Both the position numbers and the translations under genes were made by a program. Source: a virus. From it: a stretch of DNA of 64,000 bases. The DNA is taken from the IMG/VR virus record IMGVR_UViG_3300003797_000002; one strand, written 5' to 3'. Every line of letters begins with the position of its first letter. Position 1 is the first letter of the stretch. Below, piece after piece: positions 1-9,186 of the stretch. The notes under the pieces are model-generated. The model had not been told where the DNA came from. It made no database searches and worked only from the letters and a program-made list of their open reading frames with translations.

Positions 1-894
1 GGTGCATGTGCAGGCATGTTCTGTCGTAGCACAAACGATCTATCAGCACTAGCCGTTCATTATGGTGTTGAAGTCAAGTATTACTATCTGTTCAACGAAT
101 CACTTATCACCCGCGCTCGTAACTACTGCGTAGATGAGTTCCTTCGGTCAGACTGCACACACTTGATGTTCATCGACTCAGACATTGGCTTTAACTCCAA
201 TGACGTAATGACGATGCTTGCTCTGATGAGTGAAGAATCAGAATACGACATCCTTTGTGGTCCATATCCTAAGAAGTGCATCTCATGGGAAAAGATCAAG
301 ATGGCTGTTGATAAGGGCTTTGCCGATCAGGATGCCAGTGTTCTTGAAAAGTTTGTTGGTGACTATGTTTTCAATCCTGCTAATGGCAAGAACGAAATCA
401 AGATCGCTGAACCAGCCGAAGTTCTAGAATCTGGTACTGGCTTTATGATGATCAAGCGTTCGGCTCTCGAAAAGATGACCACCGAATACCCACATCTGAT
501 GTATCGCCCTGACCACGTTCGCACAGCCGCATTTGATGGTTCGCGTGAAATCCCTTGCTTGTTTGATGCACTTATCGACAACAAGCACGCGCATATCAGC
601 AATGAGATTCGTGAGTTCTACAAGAAGAATCCTAAGGCTACTCAGGAACAAGTTGTCGCGTTCCTTGACGATGCAAAGCATTCTGCTTTTGGTTTTGAAT
701 ACTCGAATCGCTATCTATCAGAAGACTATATGTTCTGCCAGTGGGCACGTAAGATTGGTCTAAAGGTATGGCTTGCTCCATGGATTCAGCTACAGCATGT
801 TGGTTCATACGTGTTTGGTGGTTCACTCGCTGATCTAGCAGCCGTTGGCGCTGCTGCTACTGCTGATCCATCAAAGTTGGGCAAAAAGGGATAA
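1..894 (+). CDS. glycosyltransferase (GT2-like), probably 5'-truncated by window edge
   Basis: Frame open from base 1; DxD-type motif THLMFIDSDIGF; stop 892-894. Confidence 0.55.
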   Translation, partial: GACAGMFCRSTNDLSALAVHYGVEVKYYYLFNESLITRARNYCVDEFLRSDCTHLMFIDSDIGFNSNDVMTMLALMSEESEYDILCGPYPKKCISWEKIKMAVDKGFADQDASVLEKFVGDYVFNPANGKNEIKIAEPAEVLESGTGFMMIKRSALEKMTTEYPHLMYRPDHVRTAAFDGSREIPCLFDALIDNKHAHISNEIREFYKKNPKATQEQVVAFLDDAKHSAFGFEYSNRYLSEDYMFCQWARKIGLKVWLAPWIQLQHVGSYVFGGSLADLAAVGAAATADPSKLGKKG

Positions 895-928
895 AAGTCT
901 AGACTTCTGCCTATAGGTTTGTTATAAC

Positions 929-958
929 GGTGTTTCCAAGGTGATCTTTGGAAACACC
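929..958 (+). other. 11-bp perfect hairpin in intergenic spacer
   Basis: GGTGTTTCCAA (929-939) pairs with TTGGAAACACC (948-958), 8-nt loop; no U-tract follows. Confidence 0.5.
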
Positions 959-978
959 ACATTGAAAAGGATGATACT

Positions 979-1635
979 ATGAAGCTAAGTGAAAATACCC
1001 TTACTGTCCTCAAGAACTTTTCGTCAATCAATCACGGCATTCTGTTTCGCTCTGGTAATATGATTCGCACTATCTCACCACAAAAGACTGTGATGGCGAG
1101 TGCAGAAGTTCAAGAAACCTTTGACCGTGACTTTGCAATCTATGATCTATCAAAGTTTCTTGGTGCGCTATTGCTGTTTGATCAGCCAGAAATCCACTTC
1201 GGTGAAACACAGGCTACTATTGCCTCAGACAAGCGTAAGCTAGTATACACCTACGCTGATCCATCAACGTTCGTTACTTCACCCGCAAAGGATCTAAACT
1301 TCCCTGCTGCTGAAATCAATCTATCTATCACCCAAGAAGACCTCACTAAGGTTCAAAAGGCTGCTGGTGTTCTTGGTCTTCCAGAAACAATCATCTCTGG
1401 TGATGGTGAAAACATCTATCTATCGGCTGATGATAGCAAGAATCCTTCGAAGGACAAGTACAGCATCGTGGTAGGTTCTACCAATCTTGTATTCAATGCT
1501 ATCTTTAAGAATGAAAATCTTAAGCTTCTTCCTAATGACTATGATGTATCAATCTCAAAGGCGGGCATCTCAAAGTTTACTGCGACTGGTGTTACATACT
1601 TCATTGCGACAGAGAAAGATTCTTCCTTCAGTTAA
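979..1635 (+). CDS. 45: DNA polymerase sliding clamp (T4 gp45 family)
   Basis: N-terminus MKLSENTLTVLKNFSSINHGI..FAIYDLSKFLG closely parallels T4 gp45 MKLSKDTTALLKNFATINSGI..VAIYDLNGFLG. Confidence 0.9.
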   Translation: MKLSENTLTVLKNFSSINHGILFRSGNMIRTISPQKTVMASAEVQETFDRDFAIYDLSKFLGALLLFDQPEIHFGETQATIASDKRKLVYTYADPSTFVTSPAKDLNFPAAEINLSITQEDLTKVQKAAGVLGLPETIISGDGENIYLSADDSKNPSKDKYSIVVGSTNLVFNAIFKNENLKLLPNDYDVSISKAGISKFTATGVTYFIATEKDSSFS

Positions 1636-2180
1636 CCTCTTCTGGTTCTTTCTCGCAAACGATAGAAATGTGGATATTTTGGGTTGTCCAATCTTTTTCT
1701 TAGATTGATACCAGGATAAGCTTTTTCTGCTTCACCTACAGAAGAATATTGGACACCTTCACACATTACTGGACAACTGTTAGATTTCTTGATCGATTCG
1801 AAGAACTTCTGTGATTGTTTTTTACCTAGCATTCCATATGTAGCATAAGATTCTTTAGATTTGTTTTTATGATACACTTCTATTGATTTTATGAAAGTGA
1901 GAGATTTAGATGAATCGCCACCATCTCCACCTTTAGTCATATTATATTCGGGCTGAAGTTCTTTGATCCAGAATATCTCCCTCTCATTTAGTTGAGAAGT
2001 TTCTTCGATCATTGCTACAGAAAAACTATCGAATCCATATTTTCTCATGGCTCTATATAGATGTGTATTTCCTGTTTTGTGATGATAGAAGTGTCTACGA
2101 AATCTCTCTTCGATAGACTTTGATGTTTTGCCAATGTATGTTTTACCATTGACTTTGTTCGTGATCTTATATATAAACAT
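1632..2180 (-). mobile_element. free-standing GIY-YIG homing endonuclease (Seg/I-TevI-like)
   Basis: MFIYKITNKVNGKTYIGKT..RFRRH..YNMTKGG GIY-YIG motifs; opposite strand between clamp and clamp-loader genes; 3' end overlaps gp45 stop (TTAA). Confidence 0.85.
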
Positions 2181-2247
2181 AGCTGATGCTCCGTAAAAGC
2201 GTTAGAGTAGGTAGATGCTGTTACATCGTGACCTACATCTACTTATA
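2181..2247 (-). promoter_or_regulatory. conserved homing-endonuclease leader (TATAAGTA late-promoter-like box, hairpin, TCTAACGCT, GGAGCATCAGCTATG)
   Basis: Minus-strand TATAAGTA at 2240-2247. Hairpin GTAGGT(2207-2212)/ACCTAC(2231-2236). About 70 nt alignable with 16512-16581 and 43821-43889. Confidence 0.55.
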
Positions 2248-2274
2248 ATGAATCTTGTTTGAAAGGAATATATT

Positions 2275-3213
2275 ATGCTTGAAGACTTTTTGTGGGTGGA
2301 GCGATATCGGCCAAAGTCGATTGAAGATTGTATTCTTCCTGCTGATCTAAAAGAAACGTTTCAACAGTTTGTTGATCAAAAGAACATCCCAAATCTACTA
2401 CTCACGGGTGGTCCTGGTGTAGGCAAGACCACCGTTGCTCGTGCAATGCTAGAGCAACTGGACTGTGATTATATCATCATCAACGGTTCGTTGAATGCTG
2501 GTATCGATGTTCTTCGAAATGAAATCACTGGTTTTGCATCGTCTGTCTCGTTCAAGGGTGGTCGTAAATACGTCATCATTGACGAGGCAGATTATCTGTC
2601 TGCTGACAAAGTGCAGCCAGCGTTTCGTAACTTCATGGAAGAGTTTAGCCGTAACTGTGGTTTCATTCTGACATGCAACTTTAAGAATCGGCTTATCGCA
2701 CCTCTACATTCTCGGTGTTCTGTTGTTGAGTTTAACATTGCCAAGAAAGATAAGCCCGTTCTTGCGGTTCAGTTTATGAAGCGTATCTCTGGTATCCTAG
2801 ATGCTGAAGGCGTTACGTATGATAAGCCTGTAATCGCTGAGTTGATCAATCGTCACTTTCCAGATTGGAGGAGGGTTCTAAATGAACTTCAGAGGCATTC
2901 CGCGACAGGCAATATCGACAAGAGTATTCTTGGTAATAGTGGGTCTGATAGTTATAAGACACTTCTTGTTGCACTGAAAGCAAAGAACTTCTTTGCTGCT
3001 CGTAAGTGGGTAGGAGAGAACACTGACATTGATAGCACCACACTGTTTCGTGATATGTACGATAACATTGCAGATATTGTTAAAGACAACTCTATTGGTC
3101 AACTGATCCTTCACCTAGCTGAGTTTCAATACAAGTCTGCATTTGTCGCCAATCAGGAAATCAATACCGCTGCGTTCGTTCTATCGATCATGGCAGATTG
3201 CGATTTCAAGTGA
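2275..3213 (+). CDS. 44: clamp loader large subunit (T4 gp44 family, AAA+)
   Basis: YRPKSIEDCILP, Walker A GGPGVGKTT, DEAD-like IIDEAD, SRC motif HSRCSVV; collinear with T4 gp44. Confidence 0.9.
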   Translation: MLEDFLWVERYRPKSIEDCILPADLKETFQQFVDQKNIPNLLLTGGPGVGKTTVARAMLEQLDCDYIIINGSLNAGIDVLRNEITGFASSVSFKGGRKYVIIDEADYLSADKVQPAFRNFMEEFSRNCGFILTCNFKNRLIAPLHSRCSVVEFNIAKKDKPVLAVQFMKRISGILDAEGVTYDKPVIAELINRHFPDWRRVLNELQRHSATGNIDKSILGNSGSDSYKTLLVALKAKNFFAARKWVGENTDIDSTTLFRDMYDNIADIVKDNSIGQLILHLAEFQYKSAFVANQEINTAAFVLSIMADCDFK

Positions 3214-3677
3214 ACAGTGTATTCGATGTAATGAATCTTGCCAGTGATATTGTAGAGGTTGAAGAAGAGGACTTTAGGCCTAAAGCGATCTACAGCCCCT
3301 TCGATTTCATCGACAGTATCAATACACATAAGAACCTATTCAACGGACCACACGATCCAGCGCAAGTGGAGAAAGAATACAATCCTTGGATTGTCAACCG
3401 CGGGCTATCTTTGTTTCATGATACCGCAACATTAGCAAACCTTGTTAACCAATACTATCACCTAGACAAGAAACTTCAATACGATTTTTTACTAAATACT
3501 GTTAGACCAAAGTTTCGGAAGTCGAAATGGCCTAAGAAAGAAAAAGATGCCGATCTAGACATCATCAAAGAAGCATTCGGTTACTCGGACCGAAAAGCTG
3601 AAGTTGCGTTGTCTGTATTGTCATCCGAACAGGTAAAAAATATAAAGAAAAGATTAAGTAAGGGTGGAACAAAATGA
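3210..3677 (+). CDS. 62: clamp loader small subunit (T4 gp62 family)
   Basis: Position after gp44 with GTGA start/stop overlap (alternative ATG 3231); weak similarity to the gp62 pattern (RPKFRKSKWPKK region). Confidence 0.65.
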   Translation: MNSVFDVMNLASDIVEVEEEDFRPKAIYSPFDFIDSINTHKNLFNGPHDPAQVEKEYNPWIVNRGLSLFHDTATLANLVNQYYHLDKKLQYDFLLNTVRPKFRKSKWPKKEKDADLDIIKEAFGYSDRKAEVALSVLSSEQVKNIKKRLSKGGTK

Positions 3678-4069
3678 AACTGACAGTAGAGGCTCTAGTA
3701 GAGGTAACCCTAAAAGAGCCAGACGATTTCTTGAAGATTAAAGAAACGTTGACTCGCATTGGGATCGCTTCACGTAAGGACAAGATCCTGTATCAGTCCT
3801 GTCATATTCTGCATAAGCAGAAGAAATACTATATCGTTCACTTCAAAGAGTTGTTTGCTCTTGATGGCAAACCAACTGATTTCTCGGATACAGATGAAGG
3901 TCGTAGAAACACAATCATCAATCTTTTGGCAGAGTGGGGTTTACTCACTATTGTTGAACCAAAGAAAACAGAAGAACCAATCACTCCACTAAATCAAATC
4001 AAGATTTTATCATACAAAGAAAAGCATGATTGGAATCTTGTAACAAAATATAATATAGGAAAACGTTAG
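3674..4069 (+). CDS. regA: translational repressor RegA
   Basis: TLKEPDDFLKIKETLTRIGIASRKDKILYQSCHILHK..YYIVHFKE near-identical pattern to T4 RegA. Confidence 0.9.
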   Translation: MKLTVEALVEVTLKEPDDFLKIKETLTRIGIASRKDKILYQSCHILHKQKKYYIVHFKELFALDGKPTDFSDTDEGRRNTIINLLAEWGLLTIVEPKKTEEPITPLNQIKILSYKEKHDWNLVTKYNIGKR

Positions 4070-4103
4070 ATTATACAAAGACAAACTTTCAGGATGATAC
4101 ATT

Positions 4104-4277
4104 ATGCAACCATGGGAACCAGTATGGACGCCTACACCGAAGCTACCACCCTTCATATGGGAGTGGGTTGTATTTGGTGATCCTAATGCAATCGTGTTAA
4201 AGTTTAGAGAAGAGAAATCCTGGTGGTTCAGAATGAAGACCAGGATTCTTCTCGGCAGTAAGTGGAAACGTTTATAA
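4104..4277 (+). CDS. small Trp-rich hypothetical protein (57 aa, below ORF-track cutoff)
   Basis: ATG 4104 after AGGA; translated by eye MQPWEPVWTPTPKLPPFIWEWVVFG..; stop 4275-4277. Confidence 0.3.
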   Translation: MQPWEPVWTPTPKLPPFIWEWVVFGDPNAIVLKFREEKSWWFRMKTRILLGSKWKRL

Positions 4278-4280
4278 ATA
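4273..4280 (+). promoter_or_regulatory. T4-type late promoter motif TATAAATA
   Basis: Exact TATAAATA upstream of the sHSP gene. Confidence 0.45.
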
Positions 4281-4340
4281 ACTCGTCTATGCCAAATGGG
4301 TAGACATTACATCAACTCTCGCTTAAATAGGAGAACTAAT

Positions 4341-4886
4341 ATGGCTAACACTTTTTACGGCTCAAGCTTTGCTTTTACCCCAGAAATAGATAAGTTTTTT
4401 GTTGGCTTTGATCCTCTAGTACAGAAACTAGCATCAGCGGCAGAGCAGACAGCAAAGCTTTCTACGAACTACCCACCATACAACATCAAAAAGATTGATG
4501 AAAACAAGTATGTCATTGAAGTGGCAGTTGCGGGTTTCGCGCGCGAAGATATTGACGTTGAACTCTCTGATGGTAAACTAACTATTAAGGGCAATGTCAA
4601 GTCAGGTGAATCTTCTGAGAAAGATTCAGAAGGCGAATGGACTTGGCCACTATTTCTACATCAAGGATTGGCAATGCGTCCATTTACGCGCCAGTTCACA
4701 CTTGCTGATCATGTTGAAATCACTGGCGCAGAACTTCTAAAAGGGATTCTTCGCGTTGGTCTGGAGTATGTCATTCCAGAACATAAGAAACCGAAGAAGA
4801 TTGACATTCAAGACAAACATGATATCCATACAACAAAAAAATCTTCTTCTACCGCAGAATATCTGGCTGAAAGAGAAGGAAAATAA
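4341..4886 (+). CDS. small heat-shock protein (Hsp20/IbpA-like, alpha-crystallin domain)
   Basis: NYPPYNIKKIDENKYVIEVAVAGFAREDIDVEL..LTIKG parallels E. coli IbpA; start at ATG 4341 after AGGAG. Confidence 0.85.
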   Translation: MANTFYGSSFAFTPEIDKFFVGFDPLVQKLASAAEQTAKLSTNYPPYNIKKIDENKYVIEVAVAGFAREDIDVELSDGKLTIKGNVKSGESSEKDSEGEWTWPLFLHQGLAMRPFTRQFTLADHVEITGAELLKGILRVGLEYVIPEHKKPKKIDIQDKHDIHTTKKSSSTAEYLAEREGK

Positions 4887-4982
4887 ATGCTAGAAAAATA
4901 CATCGTCCCTGTATCAAGAGTTGCAGGGTTTACCATTGCAGGTCTATGTTTGATCACTATGTATAATCTTCTTGCACTATAA
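4887..4982 (+). CDS. small hydrophobic peptide (31 aa)
   Basis: TAAATG junction with the sHSP stop; MLEKYIVPVSRVAGFTIAGLCLITMYNLLAL. Confidence 0.3.
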   Translation: MLEKYIVPVSRVAGFTIAGLCLITMYNLLAL

Positions 4983-5037
4983 GGAGATTGTCTATGTGGC
5001 CATATACTGAGGACGAATGGGATTATCTAGGATAATC

Positions 5038-5045
5038 TATAAATA
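5038..5045 (+). promoter_or_regulatory. T4-type late promoter motif TATAAATA
   Basis: Exact TATAAATA, abuts the terminator hairpin, upstream of the M15 peptidase gene. Confidence 0.4.
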
Positions 5046-5077
5046 GAGAGGGGCATATTGTCCCTCTCTTTTTGTTT
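5046..5077 (+). terminator. rho-independent terminator
   Basis: GAGAGGG(5046-5052)/CCCTCTC(5062-5068), 9-nt loop, then TTTTTGTTT. Confidence 0.65.
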
Positions 5078-5091
5078 CAAGGACTATAGCG

Positions 5092-5574
5092 ATGAGTTTC
5101 TACACAGATGTAATCCAAAAGAGCCCATTGTTTCATACAACAAACATGGTAAACTCTTTAGACTTGTTATTCCCAGCGTTCAAAGCCAAAGTCGAGGCAC
5201 TTATGGCAGAATCTGCTGCTGCTGGTCAACCACTAAAGATCCTAGAAACTTATCGCTCAGATGAACGCCAGGTACAACTCTTCAATCAACATGCCACGAA
5301 GCTGAAGAATGTTGGTGTACATCACTATGGGCTTGCTTGTGATATCGTAAAGCTGGTCAATGGTCAACCTTCATTTGAAGGCGACTATACGTTCCTTTGC
5401 AGACTAGCAACAAAGCACGGTCTTATCTCTGGTGCAGATTGGGGCACTCCTAAAGCAGTACATACATTCAAGGACATGGATCATGTCCAGTTTGTTTCTG
5501 TAAAAGATCAAAACAAACTCTTCAATGGTTCATGGTACCCAGATGCCAACTATGATCCTTATCAAAATCTATAA
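5092..5574 (+). CDS. peptidase M15 (VanY / L-alanyl-D-glutamate peptidase-like), candidate endolysin
   Basis: YRSDERQ..HHYGLACDIV..MDHVQF metal-binding pattern typical of M15 cell-wall peptidases. Confidence 0.7.
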   Translation: MSFYTDVIQKSPLFHTTNMVNSLDLLFPAFKAKVEALMAESAAAGQPLKILETYRSDERQVQLFNQHATKLKNVGVHHYGLACDIVKLVNGQPSFEGDYTFLCRLATKHGLISGADWGTPKAVHTFKDMDHVQFVSVKDQNKLFNGSWYPDANYDPYQNL

Positions 5575-5577
5575 GGA

Positions 5578-6330
5578 ATGTCAATGCACAAGTTTGGTCA
5601 CTTTCTAAGAGAAGATATCTCTCTTACGTTTCAGTATCATGATGAGTTGAATCCTCTTATCTGGGATGGTGATGAACTAAAGCAGAACATCAAAGAACGT
5701 CTTCTATTGATTGGTAGAATGTTTGCTGTGTTTGCCAATATTCCAGAAGATGCTATCAAAGACATCGTGTTCACTGGTGGCAATGCAAACTATAACTATA
5801 CACCACATTCCGATCTAGACGTTCATCTACTGATCAACATTTCAAAGATTCCAGGTATCAACCGCGTGTATCTTGATGATTATCTTTATGATAAGAAACT
5901 TTTATGGGGATACAAACATCCATCGCTGACTGTCATGGGATATCCTGTTGAACTATATGCGCAGAGTTATAGAGAGAAGTTGGTGTCACCTAAAGCAAAT
6001 CGTGGTGTCTACTCTCTAATGCAAGACAAGTGGCTGTTCAAGCCAAGAAAAGAGAAGCCAGGTGACTTTCACAATGACACAGGCTTTAAGAATAGACTTG
6101 AACATCTAATCAAACAGATCGAAGATGTTCTCACAAAGACTGGTGACCATAGCGAGGACATTAAGCGCCTCAAGATCAAGATCCGCAATATGCGTTCTTC
6201 TGGTATTCACAAATCTGGTGAACTTTCTGTTGAGAACCTCCTCTTTAAGGAGTTACGTAATATGGGCTACATTGATAAGCTAAACGAATATCTGATAAAA
6301 ATGCAAGATCGACATTTATCTGTTTACTAA
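5578..6330 (+). CDS. putative Pol-beta-superfamily nucleotidyltransferase
   Basis: FTGGNANYNYTPHSDLDVHLL resembles the GS-x(n)-DxD NTase signature; otherwise unrecognised. Confidence 0.35.
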   Translation: MSMHKFGHFLREDISLTFQYHDELNPLIWDGDELKQNIKERLLLIGRMFAVFANIPEDAIKDIVFTGGNANYNYTPHSDLDVHLLINISKIPGINRVYLDDYLYDKKLLWGYKHPSLTVMGYPVELYAQSYREKLVSPKANRGVYSLMQDKWLFKPRKEKPGDFHNDTGFKNRLEHLIKQIEDVLTKTGDHSEDIKRLKIKIRNMRSSGIHKSGELSVENLLFKELRNMGYIDKLNEYLIKMQDRHLSVY

Positions 6331-6385
6331 TCTCTCGCTTTGGTGTAAGATGAGCCATTGAGAGATTCTAAACAGTTGAGGTGAT

Positions 6386-8893
6386 ATGGATTATTATACA
6401 AACACATTCATGCAGCGCGGCAAGATGTATGTACGCGGCATTCAAAACGGCAAACAAGTAAAGCAAGTTGTCAACTATAAGCCATATCTGTTTATTCCTA
6501 CAACAGAACATACGAAGTATAAAAACATCCATGGTTCTCCTGTGGGTAAGATCGACTTCGATTCGGTTGATGATGCAAAAGAGTTTCAGAAAAAATATGA
6601 AAACATCGATGGAATGCCAATCTATGGCATGACTCATTTCATCTATCCATTCATGTATGACACATTTCCAGGTGAAATCAAGTACGATCCTTCTGCAATC
6701 TCTGTTGTCAGTCTTGATATCGAAACTGTGGTTGGCGATGTAGATATTGCTACTGCCATTCAAACAACTCCAAATGAAGTGACTGCTATTACCATTTCGC
6801 GCAATGGTAAGAAAGCGGTGTTTGGTTGTGGAGATTATACACCACACGAAGACAACATCACCTACTACAAATGCAAAAATGAATACCAACTGTTTCAGAA
6901 GTTTCTAGATATCTGGAACTCCTATGATTATAGCCCAGATGTGCTGACTGGTTGGAACGTAGAGTTTTTTGACGTTCCCTATCTTGTTGGTCGCATTCGG
7001 ATGGTTCTAGGAGAAGATGCTGCGAAGCGTCTTAGCCCATGGCAAATGCTTCGCGAGTATGATGTTGAAATCAAGGGACGTAAGATGACATCATACTACA
7101 TGATGGGCATCACTGTACTTGACTGGATGGCACTTTACAAGAAGTTTACATACACATCACAGGAATCCTATCGTTTGGATCATATTGCCAAGGTCGAACT
7201 TGGTGATCAGAAGCTAGACTATAAAGCACAAGGTTACACAAGTCTACAAGATTTGTATGAAAGAAACTTTCAGCTTTACGTTGAATACAACATTCATGAC
7301 GTTCATATCGTTGATCGGCTAGAAGATAAGATGAAACTGATTGAACTGGTGTTTGCTATTGCTTATGACGCAAAGGTAAACTATCAGGATACACTAGCAT
7401 CTGTGCGCCAGTGGGACGTAATCATCCACAACTATCTGATGCAACGAAATATCGTTGTAGGCAATCAGAAGAAATCTGGTCGTAGTGATGATAGTCTTGT
7501 TGGTGGTTATGTTAAAGATCCAAAAACAGGTATGCATCGTTGGATGGTTTCATTCGACCTTAACTCTCTGTACCCACATTTGATTCAACAATACAACATC
7601 TCACCCGAGACGTTTGTTGAAAAGATGTGGGACTTCTTAAGCATCGATCAACTGTTGAGAGTTAGAGACACTGGGTTGCAAGGCTCTGAATACTCTTATG
7701 CAGCCAATGGTTGTGTATATCGCAAAGACAAGCAGGGCTTTCTTGGTGCTATCATGGCCAAGATGTATGATGATCGTGTTGTCTATAAGAAGCAGATGAT
7801 CGAAGCCAAGAAGATGTATGAAAAGACCAAAGATCCTAAGCTTGCTAAAGAGATTGCACGGCTCAACAACCTACAGATGGCGAAGAAGATTCAGCTAAAC
7901 TCCGCTTATGGCGCACTTGGCAACAAATACTTCCGTTGGTATGACATCAACCACGCTGAAGCTATTACTATGTCTGGCCAGCTTTCCATCCGCTGGATTG
8001 CTGATCGTATGAATGAATACTTGAACAAGCTATGTGGTACGACAGACTATGATTATATCATTGCATCAGATACAGATTCTATCTATGTGACACTAGCACC
8101 TCTGGTCGACAAGATCATGCCAGATGAAACGGACACAAAGAAGATCGTTGAAGTTCTAGATAAGTTTTGCCTTAGTAAGATTGAACCATTCATCGATAAA
8201 GCATATCTGGAACTATCTGTTCGGATGAATGCATATGCACAAAAGATGTTCATGAAGCGTGAAGCTATTGCCGATAAAGCCATCTGGACAGCAAAGAAGC
8301 GATACATCCTAAACGTCTGGAATCAAGAAGGGGTTGCATACGATTCGGCAAAGCTAAAGATGTCTGGCATTGAAGCGGTCAAATCATCAACACCACAATC
8401 TTGTCGTGATAACATTAAGAAGGCATTAAATCTTGTCATGAACGAAAGTGAAACGACACTGCAAACGTTCATCGCAGATTTTCGTAAAATGTTTACACAG
8501 TTGCCTTTTGAGGAAGTGGCATTCCCTCGTGGTGTCAGTGATCTAGACAAGTATGAAACCAAAGACATTGAAACGTATGCTTCTGGTACTCCTATTCATG
8601 TTCGTGGCAGTATTCTGTACAATCGTATGCTAGAGCGTCATGGACTAGGTAATAAATACGAGCAGATAACAAACGGTGATAAGGTGAAGTTCTGTTACAT
8701 GAAAACACCTAATCCCGCTAGAACAAATGTCATCTCCTGTCCATCTGAGTTGCCATCAGAGTTTGATTTGGAGAAGTACATCGACTATCCAATGCAGTTT
8801 GATAAAGCGTTCATTGCACCACTACAGGGCATTCTGGATGTGATTGGTTGGAAGTCAGAGAAGATCGCAACACTAGAGGACTTTTTCAGCTAA
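6386..8893 (+). CDS. 43: family B DNA polymerase (T4 gp43 family)
   Basis: Exo motifs (SLDIET, YNIHDV), pol motifs DLNSLYPH, KIQLNSAYGALG, IASDTDS. Confidence 0.95.
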   Translation: MDYYTNTFMQRGKMYVRGIQNGKQVKQVVNYKPYLFIPTTEHTKYKNIHGSPVGKIDFDSVDDAKEFQKKYENIDGMPIYGMTHFIYPFMYDTFPGEIKYDPSAISVVSLDIETVVGDVDIATAIQTTPNEVTAITISRNGKKAVFGCGDYTPHEDNITYYKCKNEYQLFQKFLDIWNSYDYSPDVLTGWNVEFFDVPYLVGRIRMVLGEDAAKRLSPWQMLREYDVEIKGRKMTSYYMMGITVLDWMALYKKFTYTSQESYRLDHIAKVELGDQKLDYKAQGYTSLQDLYERNFQLYVEYNIHDVHIVDRLEDKMKLIELVFAIAYDAKVNYQDTLASVRQWDVIIHNYLMQRNIVVGNQKKSGRSDDSLVGGYVKDPKTGMHRWMVSFDLNSLYPHLIQQYNISPETFVEKMWDFLSIDQLLRVRDTGLQGSEYSYAANGCVYRKDKQGFLGAIMAKMYDDRVVYKKQMIEAKKMYEKTKDPKLAKEIARLNNLQMAKKIQLNSAYGALGNKYFRWYDINHAEAITMSGQLSIRWIADRMNEYLNKLCGTTDYDYIIASDTDSIYVTLAPLVDKIMPDETDTKKIVEVLDKFCLSKIEPFIDKAYLELSVRMNAYAQKMFMKREAIADKAIWTAKKRYILNVWNQEGVAYDSAKLKMSGIEAVKSSTPQSCRDNIKKALNLVMNESETTLQTFIADFRKMFTQLPFEEVAFPRGVSDLDKYETKDIETYASGTPIHVRGSILYNRMLERHGLGNKYEQITNGDKVKFCYMKTPNPARTNVISCPSELPSEFDLEKYIDYPMQFDKAFIAPLQGILDVIGWKSEKIATLEDFFS

Positions 8894-9144
8894 TGGACGA
8901 AGATTTTGATTTTGGCTTCACATCGACCACATCGGAAGATATTGCAGCACCGATTATTGTCTCTAAGACAACAAAGAACGATCAAACGATTGACAAGCTA
9001 CTCAAAGCTATCACACCACTACTAGACAATCTAGCCAAGGATGCAGACAAAGATGTCATCCATTGGCCAAATCGTGCTGCAAAGATTGAAGAGTTTCGCA
9101 AGAAACTATACAAGATCGCTGGAAAAACATTGCCTAAGAAGTGA
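8893..9144 (+). CDS. hypothetical acidic protein
   Basis: TAATG overlap with the polymerase stop; no recognised motif. Confidence 0.45.
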   Translation: MDEDFDFGFTSTTSEDIAAPIIVSKTTKNDQTIDKLLKAITPLLDNLAKDADKDVIHWPNRAAKIEEFRKKLYKIAGKTLPKK

Positions 9145-9186
9145 TTTTGTGATACAGTGAATACTGGTTTAAACCAAGGAGATTAT

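Noticed and set aside
6368-6889. Other long minus-strand ORFs opposite well-supported plus-strand genes (6368-6889, 22365-22772, 31263-31652, 31746-32141, 33905-34432, 41435-41905, 47645-47989, 62197-62667 and others)
   Set aside because: All lie antisense to genes with strong homology or cassette-driven starts, lack ribosome-binding sites, and break the otherwise uniform plus-strand organisation. I treat them as shadow ORFs.
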